Positions 1 to 7,726 of a DNA stretch of 64,000 nt are shown in pieces. Source of the stretch: Macrostomum lignano (lineage: Eukaryota). The DNA lies in NCBI GenBank assembly GCA_002269645.1, contig NIVC01003930.1:1-64000 (forward strand). The letters run 5' to 3'. Below the pieces are notes generated by a model, which saw nothing but the letters and a program-made list of their open reading frames with translations, searched no databases and had not been told where the DNA came from. The position numbers and the translations under genes were made by a program. Each line of letters starts with the position of its first letter. Within the stretch, counting starts at the first letter, position 1.

Positions 1-238
1 TGTTTTTTATCTCTGCTATTTCTGAAATGCTGGTGTGCGAGTGTTTTAGTGTTCGTTTTTATGGATTGTTTGCTTTCGGAAAATACACCGACTGTTACGA
101 TGTTAGAGGTTTCAATCTGACAGTAATAAATTAATTTGCCACTCGTTTCTCTATCATTTAATTGGAATATAAATTTCTACTTAAGAAAAAATACTGTACA
201 GCTAGAGCAGGTGGATAGGCACGTATCTTGATAAACCC

Positions 239-1307
239 ATGATGGAGAAAATTTATTTGAAACCTGAGCAACCGGCTAGTTTTTCTTGTGCCTCAAAGTT
301 GCTGCATGAAGTGAGGCAAAGAGGTGATCGAATATCTGCAAAGAGCATTGAGCAGTGGCTCAGCGAGCAGCCAGTGCACACTCTGCACAAGCCAGCTAGG
401 AGGCGATATCCAAGGGCCCCAATCATAGTGCGCGCAATCGATGATCAGTGGGAACTTGACTTAGTGGAAATGATTCCATTCGCAAAGCATAATAAAGGCT
501 ACAAATATATTCTCACATGCATTGACGTGCTCTCAAAATGTGCTTGGGCCAAGGCACTGAAAAATAAATCTGCTGCAGAAGTGAAGTCAGCATTCGAGAG
601 CATACTGAGAAGTTCAAAGCGCAGCCACGCACAGTTCGCACAGATCAGGGGAAGGAATTTATCAACTCCACTTTCCGTCAATACTGCATTGACAGAGGGA
701 TTCTGGCTTTCCCAACTAACAGCGAGCAGAAGGCGCTGTCATTGAGCGATGGAATCGAACTCTGAAAAGTAGAATGTGGCGCTACTTCACCTACAAGAGC
801 ACACTGCACTGGCTTGATGTGCTGCCTAAGCTGGTAAAATCCTACAACAATACCTACCACAGAAGCATCAAAATGGCACCCACTAGTGTCTGCAAAGAGA
901 ATGAATCTGAAGTGTGGATGAACCTGTACGATGGAAAAGCAGTCGAGACTCTAGAAAAATTAAAGAAGCCTAAGTTCGCTGAAAACCAGTCAGTGAGAAT
1001 TTCCAATGCTCCACGGATATTCAAAAAGGGATACAAAGCGAGCTGGAGTGAGGAAGTGTACACCGTGGTGAGCAGAGCCCCAAAACATTATCCCTACATG
1101 TACAAGATTAAAGACATGCGGGGGCAAGAGATTCGAGGACTCTTCCATGAGCACGAGCTGCAGGCTGTCCCGGACTCACAGCGGCTGTATGTGATTGAGA
1201 AGATCCTGAAAACGGAGAAGCGGAAGGGAAAAATTCGCTATCTGGTGAAATGGGCGGGCTACGACTCGACTGGCTGGGTGGATGAAAAAGACTTAAGAAA
1301 GGTTTAG
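239..1307 (+). CDS. INT: Polinton retroviral-type integrase with C-terminal chromodomain (two 1-nt frameshifts, ~626 and ~736)
   Basis: WELDLVEM (D1); TDQGKEF in the shifted frame (D2); VIERWNRTLKSRMWRYF (E); chromodomain YVIEKILK..YLVKWAGYD..WV. Adding one C (agcc|acgc) and one G (gcg|ct) restores a single ORF. Confidence 0.93.
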
Positions 1308-1342
1308 CTTTGGCACATCCCTCATCTGAGTTTATCATTATA

Positions 1343-2152
1343 ATGCGAACTATTTTGATTAACAGTGAGCATGCTGAAGGTACTCCTAGTGACTTTAATT
1401 TTTACCTGCCTTCACCTATTTACTTGGATCGAAATGTGGACTATGAGGCAGGTCTGGCTGAAATCCATCTGCCTGCTGCATGGTTCAATGTTGACGAGCC
1501 TTACTGCTTCACTGTCTCAGATGGAAGAGAGCATGAGGCCCTGGTTCTTCAACCCGGACGCTTTGCTAGAGTGGAGGAGCTGGTGGAGCGCCTGAATGAG
1601 CTGCTGGCCAACTCTGATTCGCTGTTCTTTGATGCAATGAGTGACAGGGAGTCTGAGATGGAGGCTGATGAGTCCGGCCTGATGGGGCGTAGTGGCAACA
1701 GGGAATTCGGTATGAAGTTCGAAATCCACAACTCACGAACTGTGGTGCACAACAACACTGCGAGAGCAGAGCTGTTTCTTCCATCTAGTAAAATTCTGCA
1801 TTGGCTGGGATTTGGAAACCAGGCTGTGAAAATCCAGCCAGGGAGCCGCGTATCCGAGCATTGCATTGGCTGCCCGCGCACCAGCTTAATCAATGTGCAC
1901 TGCAGTATCGTTGAGTCAACTAATTGCAACTGGAGCTCCTTGTTGAGAACAGTTGGAATGAAAGCTGGCATTGAATGGGGCAACTATCAAACAAAAATAT
2001 TTAAGAAAACAATATTCTTCCCGATTCAACGAATCAGTCTTCTTCACAGCATTCGAGTTCAGCTGCGGGACATCTATGGTTGCCCACTGATTGCACAGAC
2101 TCACAGCCCTGTTCTGCTTACAGTTCAAATTCAGGAGAAACGCATTCAATGA
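1343..2152 (+). CDS. Polinton minor capsid protein (penton, PX)
   Basis: N-terminal SDFNFYLPSPIYL..YEAGLAEIHLP and C-terminal FFPI..ISIRVQLRDIYG patterns typical of Polinton penton. Lies directly after INT. ATG at 1343 is in frame with the tracked ORF. Confidence 0.75.
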   Translation: MRTILINSEHAEGTPSDFNFYLPSPIYLDRNVDYEAGLAEIHLPAAWFNVDEPYCFTVSDGREHEALVLQPGRFARVEELVERLNELLANSDSLFFDAMSDRESEMEADESGLMGRSGNREFGMKFEIHNSRTVVHNNTARAELFLPSSKILHWLGFGNQAVKIQPGSRVSEHCIGCPRTSLINVHCSIVESTNCNWSSLLRTVGMKAGIEWGNYQTKIFKKTIFFPIQRISLLHSIRVQLRDIYGCPLIAQTHSPVLLTVQIQEKRIQ

Positions 2153-2526
2153 ACTACCAGCAGCTAATCCAGCAATATTCGGGGGTGAGGACAGGACACG
2201 AAAAGCCTGCACTCTATGGCTGTGGGAGCTTCCCAGGGATCATGACATACCAGCCTCCGCCAGCGGCTATATCATCATCATCAGCCTCGACGCTTAGCAA
2301 CGTCAGGCGCAAAAGAAATACTGAAGCAAGTCCGAAACGATTGAAGAAAAAGAAGGGCACCCGAAAGGCAACTGGTGGAAATCGCAGTAAGAGGTCGAGC
2401 AAGGCTAGTGGGAAAAAGCTTAAGAATAGGAAGACGAAAGCAAAGAAGAATAGAGCAGGCGGAGGAAAGCGAAAGCAAAAAGTCAGCAAGAAAACTGTGA
2501 AACGCGTGCTCGACTCTCTGTCATAG
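2149..2526 (+). CDS. Highly basic putative core (DNA-condensing) protein
   Basis: ATGA overlap with the penton stop. K/R-rich C-terminal half. LYGC|G fits the adenain (M/I/L)XGX|G cleavage consensus. Sits between penton and MCP. Confidence 0.65.
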   Translation: MNYQQLIQQYSGVRTGHEKPALYGCGSFPGIMTYQPPPAAISSSSASTLSNVRRKRNTEASPKRLKKKKGTRKATGGNRSKRSSKASGKKLKNRKTKAKKNRAGGGKRKQKVSKKTVKRVLDSLS

Positions 2527-2528
2527 AC

Positions 2529-3808
2529 ATGGCTTACGGATTCAATCCCAGACTTGATTTATTTAAGACGCCCGTTCTACAAACCTGCATTGAAAAAGCT
2601 ACTTATGTTGATATTCACCCAGTTAATTCCATTGTTGCAAACTCTCCCATTGAATTTGACTGCCACCAATCTGCCGATGAATATACAGATCTGCTTAATT
2701 CTTTTCTTTATATTCGCTGCCGCCTTGTGAGACTGGATGGGGTTTGCTGAGGGAGGATGTTCGAGATGGAGATGGCATCATCACCGAGCGCAGAGACAGT
2801 GACGTGCACCCAGAAAATTTTGTTCTGTCTACAGCCTTCTCAGATGTAATTGTGAGCATTAACCAGCGAGTGGTGTCTGGTGGAGACCAGCTCTATCCCT
2901 ACCATGCGTACTTCAAAGCACTAATGAGCTCATCCGATGCCCAGCAACTAAAACTTTACCCTGCTGGCTTCCTGGAGCCGAACTCGGCAGCTGAAGAGCA
3001 CACGGAGAGCCACAGGGAATCCCAATGGATGGAGTATGCGGGGCCGCTCTTCAGCGATGTTTTCCAGTGCCCAGTGTTTCTGCTAAGCAATCTGCACCTG
3101 CACATCAAACTGGTCCCCAGCGATGGGGCCTTTGCCATCAGAACCCCGAATGCAAACAACGCGGCATACCGAATGGAAATCTCTCACAGCATTCTGCATC
3201 TTCGCCGAGTCAAAGTGATGCCCCACATCAGCCTGGCCCATGAGCAGGGGCTGACAAACCAAAATGCACTGTATCCCATCGAGCGAACTGAAATGCAGAA
3301 CTTCATCCTACCCCAGGGTATTCAGTCAAAAAACATTGAAGGATTCACTCATGGAAAATTGCCGAAGTTTATCATGCTGGCCTTCGTGAGCCACCGAGCA
3401 TTCAACGGTCATCATCACGCGAGCCCGTTCAGTTCCAGAGCTTCAACCTTAGCCGATTGGCTCTAAAGAAAGGTGGGGAAACCGTGTGCCACGGCGCCTT
3501 CACACCTGAAAACAATTCCTTTGTAAGAGAATACTTGCACTACCTGAAAAGCTGTCAATCTGCAAGCCACACAAACTCGGTCCGTGGATCCCCTACCAGC
3601 TCTTCTCCAACAACACACGGTGTTTGCATTCGATCTCACACCCGAGGGAGCGGCTCTGTGGTACGGACAGAAGGAGGGCAACCTGCGGCTGGAGATTCGC
3701 TTCCAACAGGCTCTGAATGAAGCGGTGTCCCTGATTGCTATGTGCCTGTATGACTCGCTGATTGAGGTCACCAAGCACCGAGAGCTTTTGCTGGACTATT
3801 CATCTTAA
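2529..3808 (+). CDS. MCP: Polinton major capsid protein (double jelly-roll, PY/hexon); four 1-nt frameshifts
   Basis: LDLFKTPVLQTCIEK..SPIEF..EYTDL; LPKFIMLAFV..AFNG..PFQFQSFNL; VFAFDLTPE..GNLRLEIRF..LLLDY. Joins ORFs 2529-2750, 2744-3466, 3457-3720 and 3584-3808 via single-base losses at ~2741, ~3430, ~3574 and ~3604. Confidence 0.9.
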
Positions 3809-3813
3809 TTGAC

Positions 3814-4272
3814 ATGGATGCAATTCAACTACTTAATCTCGCCAGAAAATTTTTGCCTTACCAAAAATTTCTCATAGTTACTTTACATTTGCGCTATAAA
3901 AATTCTCTGCCCTTGAATGTAAAAAGAAAATTTAGATCATCAATTTCCTTTGAAAACAAGTTTGTTTTTGTCCTACTTCAGCACAATGGCTCATTTGGTC
4001 ACTGGGTGGTGTGCTATGTTGGGCAAGGAAATCGCATTGAGTTGTTCAACTCCCTCGGCTGGGAACCTGAAATTTTATCTTTGGTTTATAATTTGTTTCG
4101 AGAGATTAAAACAACTGGCTTTTGGCTCCGAAGCAATATAAACAGAGTTCAATGTGCTAACTCTAATAAATGCGGAGTGTTTTGCATCTATTTTGCTTAT
4201 CAAAAGTTTCTGTTCAATCGGTCATTTGAGGGGATTTTGAAGCATTTGCATGCTAATGAAAAAATCATTTGA
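3814..4272 (+). CDS. PRO: Adenain-like cysteine (maturation) protease
   Basis: GHWVVCY (His), ELFNSLG, RVQCANSNKCGVFC (Gln, Cys); follows the MCP. Confidence 0.88.
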   Translation: MDAIQLLNLARKFLPYQKFLIVTLHLRYKNSLPLNVKRKFRSSISFENKFVFVLLQHNGSFGHWVVCYVGQGNRIELFNSLGWEPEILSLVYNLFREIKTTGFWLRSNINRVQCANSNKCGVFCIYFAYQKFLFNRSFEGILKHLHANEKII

Positions 4273-4315
4273 ATGATAGAATCTTACAGAGGTTTGAAGC
4301 CAACTTAAGAAAAAG

Positions 4316-5046
4316 ATGTCCGTGATTTCTAATATTTATGCATTAAACATGGGAGAAAAGCAAGTTTGCTACGATATCCGCCTCAGGCAGGGAAGCTGCA
4401 TGATTGTCTGCGGGCCCACCAATGCAGGAAAAACAACCTTTGTCAAACACCTGATCCAGTACAGAGACGTCATGTTTGATGTGAAGCCTGGCAGAGTTCT
4501 GTGGTACTATGGGATCTCACAGGCAGGCCATGCAGAACTGAGCAGCCTAGGTGTGCAGCTGCGCCAGGGATTTCCCACCAACATCGAGGCAGCACTTAGG
4601 CCCAATGACCTGGTTGTTTTCGATGACTTAATAGAGGAAACTTCAAACTCTGCTTCAATGCGAAATTTTTTCACAGGAATCGCACATCACTTGCCGTGCT
4701 TTTTGGTGATGCTGACTCAGAATATATTTTTCAAGGGAAAAGAGTCGCGAACAATGAGCTTGAATGTAATGTATTTAGCTATCTTGAAAAACCCCGAGAC
4801 CAGCTGCAGATTGCAGCACTGGGCAGGCAGTGCTTTACAGAGAAGCCCGGCTTTCTGCTGTCAGTGTTCAAGCACGTGACCGCGCAGGGCAGGGGAGCTA
4901 CCTGTTCCTGATTTTCACCATCAACTCCCGATGAGCTGCGAGTGCGGGCCAGAATTTGCCCAACCAGCGACCCCATCTTGTATTTGCTTAAGAAAGTGAA
5001 GCTTGTTTTTATCAGCTATTGTTTTCATCGCTATGGAAGTGCTTGA
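4316..5046 (+). CDS. ATPase: A32/FtsK-like packaging ATPase (about four 1-nt frameshifts in the 3' part; 3' end approximate)
   Basis: Walker A GPTNAGKT, Walker B LVVFDD, HH..LVMLTQN. Shifted frames give KNPRDQLQIAALGRQ and YLFLDFHPSTPDELRVR. Confidence 0.9.
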
Positions 5047-5371
5047 TTCACATGCAAGTCTTTTTGCGGTTCTTGCGTCACCTAAATATACCGTGCGCTT
5101 CAAGCGGCTGTTGATAAAAAATTGTCCAAAAGAAGTGCGTTATTTTCTTGTCGAGGCCTGCCATAATCTCTTACAAAACAATCTATCGTTTTCGCTCGAT
5201 GAAAAAGCTGTTCTTGCAAAGTCAAAAGAGATAATTCGAAAAATTACTCACAAAAGAAGAAAGACAGACTTGTTGAAGGCTGGCTTCATCAAAATACTCC
5301 CGATTCTGCTTAAGCTGGTAAAGAAGAAGAAGCAAAATGAACAAATTTTCAGAAATGGTTCTGATTCCTAA
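5033..5371 (+). CDS. Small basic conserved Polinton protein
   Basis: KRLLIKNCPKEVRYFLVEACHNLLQNNL..IIRKI..LLKAGFIKILPILL resembles the small post-ATPase ORF of animal Polintons (recalled pattern, not searched). Confidence 0.6.
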   Translation: MEVLDSHASLFAVLASPKYTVRFKRLLIKNCPKEVRYFLVEACHNLLQNNLSFSLDEKAVLAKSKEIIRKITHKRRKTDLLKAGFIKILPILLKLVKKKKQNEQIFRNGSDS

Positions 5372-5957
5372 AGCAGAGTATGAGATGTTGATGCAGAATT
5401 TGAAGCCAAATGAGACTACCACTGAAGCTGACTTGAAGCAGGCTCAGAAGAAATGCGATGACATCTTGTATGCCGAGGATTGTCCAGAAGATGTGAAAAC
5501 CGCCATGTACCAAAGTGCAATGCAAAGTTTGCTGGCCAAGCGCAAGCACGCTGGAAAAGAAGGAGCACGCAATACTGAAGCCAAGTTGATGAAAACAGAG
5601 ACACCCCAGATAAGCACCTGGGAAGAGAAGATCAGCAAGTCGGTGCCACAGAAATTCAAAACCAGGGCTCGCAGTCTGTGGACGATCCTGTCCACCAATC
5701 CAGAGCTGATTCGAGTTTGTGAAAACGGGGAGGTGGAAATCGCAGGCACGTCAATCCCTTCCTCAAACATACTGGACTTGATTCAGCACACAGTGAGGGA
5801 TTCGCCATGTGAGCGTGAACCAGTTGGGTGGAACGAGTTCATCGATTTTCTGCAGCAGAAAAAGCTTAATGTTCCGCTTTCCGCTATTGGTAAATCAGTT
5901 AAGAAGAAAATGGCAACCAGCAGAGGGGTGAACTGGAGAAAGAACAGGAGAGTCTAG
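5337..5957 (+). CDS. Conserved Polinton hypothetical protein
   Basis: 206-aa ORF with ENGEVEIAGTSIPSSNILDLI..PVGWNEFIDFL..NVPLSAIG, a motif set recalled from Polinton ORFs. Confidence 0.7.
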   Translation: MNKFSEMVLIPKAEYEMLMQNLKPNETTTEADLKQAQKKCDDILYAEDCPEDVKTAMYQSAMQSLLAKRKHAGKEGARNTEAKLMKTETPQISTWEEKISKSVPQKFKTRARSLWTILSTNPELIRVCENGEVEIAGTSIPSSNILDLIQHTVRDSPCEREPVGWNEFIDFLQQKKLNVPLSAIGKSVKKKMATSRGVNWRKNRRV

Positions 5958-6008
5958 TCAAGGGGTACGGGAGCAACACAGCCTGGCTGAAACTGCCTGC
6001 CAGAAAAG

Positions 6009-6016
6009 TATATAAG
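6009..6016 (+). promoter_or_regulatory. TATA box (TATATAAG) upstream of the exonuclease/TBP cassette
   Basis: Lies in the 100-bp intergenic gap, ending 41 nt before ATG 6058. An identical octamer precedes the 14663 ORF on the - strand. Confidence 0.5.
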
Positions 6017-6057
6017 AAGGTGGACTGACTCCGAAATTTTCGAAGGAAAGCTGCATC

Positions 6058-6535
6058 ATGAACTACATTGACTTCCAAGGATTCCGTGCAACAGCACAAG
6101 CAAAAAATTTGTTGTGAAGGAGTTGGCAGTTGTTCAAATCAGAGCGGGGAGCTACCGCATTGCTCACCATGTGTACGCACCTCCGTATCCATGGGAGAGA
6201 GTCTCACCTGACATGCGAGTTTACTACAGACAGCTATCTAAGAGTCTGCACCAGTTTAAGTGGAATGATGGAACCCGTCCGTACATGGAACTGGCGGAAG
6301 ACATTCTGAGCATTGCCAGTGGTCCGATCTGGTCAAATGGGGAAAGGAAGTCGATTTTTCTGACTGAGCTGCTTGGAAGACAGGTTTATAACCTAGAAGA
6401 TTTGGGAGCACCCTCGACTGAAGATTCAGATACTGGCTGTGCAGTGAGAAATTCGTTGCTGCACTACAGTTGGCTTAAGCCAAAGTTCTGCATCAACTTA
6501 AGAAGCGAGCAGTGTCCGTGGCACACGAGCAGTAA
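6058..6535 (+). CDS. DEDD-fold 3'-5' exonuclease-like Polinton accessory protein (1-nt frameshift ~6105; 3' end inferred)
   Basis: MNYIDFQGF..KKFVVKELAV..YAPPYPW..HQFKWNDG..Y..NGERKSIFL..VYNLEDLGAP..CAVRN. Adding one A to the A-run at 6102-6107 joins ATG 6058 to the 6114 ORF. A second +1 near 6481 would end it at TAA 6533-6535. Confidence 0.55.
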
Positions 6536-6576
6536 AGTTGGCAGAAGCAGATTTGGTGAAGAAGTTGACGATCGAA

Positions 6577-7149
6577 ATGAGCCCACCAGCTACAGCCCTA
6601 AGAGTGACCAATCTGGTTGGCGGAGTAGATCTGAGACTGGATGGTGGCAGGGGCGCTCAGCTGCCTCTACGGGAACTGGCTCTCAGCATGGCTCATGTGA
6701 TCTACCGGCCCGTCTGGCCCCGGGTGCTCATCAAGCGGATGCGGATTCCCAGAGTGACTCTCCTACTCTACCCTACTGGGCAACTGAGCATCTGCGGTGC
6801 CAAGACCCACGCAGACGCCAAAAGGGCTGCCCGTCGCTTCGTGGCTATGCTGCATCGGAGAGTGCCGGCTCAACTGCTGCCTCATCAAACAATTTGTGTT
6901 CGAATTAAAACTATTACTGCTCATGGACAGCTCCCAGTTCATTCCGCACTTTCCTTATTAATGTTAAAATCAATTATCCCAAACGCCGAATATGAACCAG
7001 AATCCTTTTCTGCTTTAATTTTCAATTTAAACTTTTGTAAATGTCTGCTTTTTCACAGCGGCTCTTTTGTTCTCAGTGGAGCTCGGTCCTTGAATCAGTT
7101 GCATACCGATAGCATGCGTCTACTCAATGTAGTTCTTTCCATTGAATAA
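6577..7149 (+). CDS. TATA-box-binding protein (TBP)-like, two-repeat saddle, encoded inside the Polinton
   Basis: Repeat 1: RVTNLVGGVDL..LPLRELA..YRPVWPRVLIKRMRIPRVTLLLYPTGQLSICGAKT..AKRAARRF. Repeat 2: RIKTITA..AEYEPESFSALIF..LLFHSGSFVLSGARS. Both align by eye with TBP [44 protein letters not shown] and YEPELFPGLIY..LIFVSGKVVLTGAK. Uninterrupted 190-aa ORF. Confidence 0.88.
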   Translation: MSPPATALRVTNLVGGVDLRLDGGRGAQLPLRELALSMAHVIYRPVWPRVLIKRMRIPRVTLLLYPTGQLSICGAKTHADAKRAARRFVAMLHRRVPAQLLPHQTICVRIKTITAHGQLPVHSALSLLMLKSIIPNAEYEPESFSALIFNLNFCKCLLFHSGSFVLSGARSLNQLHTDSMRLLNVVLSIE

Positions 7150-7156
7150 AAATAAA
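7145..7156 (+). terminator. Tandem AATAAA polyadenylation signals at the TBP-like stop
   Basis: AATAAA at 7145-7150 (overlapping the TAA stop) and at 7151-7156. Confidence 0.55.
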
Positions 7157-7726
7157 GTCAAGTCAAGCAATTTGCCGCAAATATTTCAATGATTAGTGAA
7201 AAGTGAATAAAAGGATAAACTTAGTATTCTTTACATTCATTTTCCCAGGCAGACAGCTATGGAACACTTCAAAAACGTATTTAGCCCATCACCAAAAGTA
7301 TCGCAAAACGCATATCAAATCCGAAAGTAAACAATACTACCATCGTTATAACAAACGATGTGCACCGAGAGAAGAGAAATAGAAAAGTGATAGAGAAAAT
7401 ATGATTAAAACGCTGATTGAATTTACAGGAACAATTTGTCAGATAAAAACCAAAAACACATTTTAAACAAGTAGTACACAAAGCAAACAAAAATGAATTA
7501 ATATTGTATGAGCGCACTTGCCACAGCTTTATAAAAAGTAAAACTTAAATTGATATCAATATTTCACGCCGCAAAAACAAATTGACAGCTAAATCTAGCG
7601 CAATTAGCCAAGCATACAAATTTGTAAAAGTTACTACATGCAAGTCACTACATTTAAAACAGAATTTGGCAATTTAAACAACTCTAAAAGCAAGAAAAAG
7701 TACTAAACAGTCTGTTAAACACCGCA

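Noticed and set aside
1603-1680. CTGATGAGTCC resembling a hammerhead ribozyme core
   Set aside because: No GGAC-GAAA partner strand; the sequence is ordinary penton coding (ADESG).
6114-6908. 264-aa ORF overlapping the TBP-like gene, suggesting an overprinted gene or exo-TBP fusion
   Set aside because: The tail is low-information and probably results from a missing base near 6481. The TBP frame has a stop at 6499-6501, so a simple fusion is unlikely.
7281-7517. Cys-rich small ORF downstream of PolB
   Set aside because: AT-rich, no ATG start, no recognisable motif; it may be a frameshifted small gene but cannot be supported.
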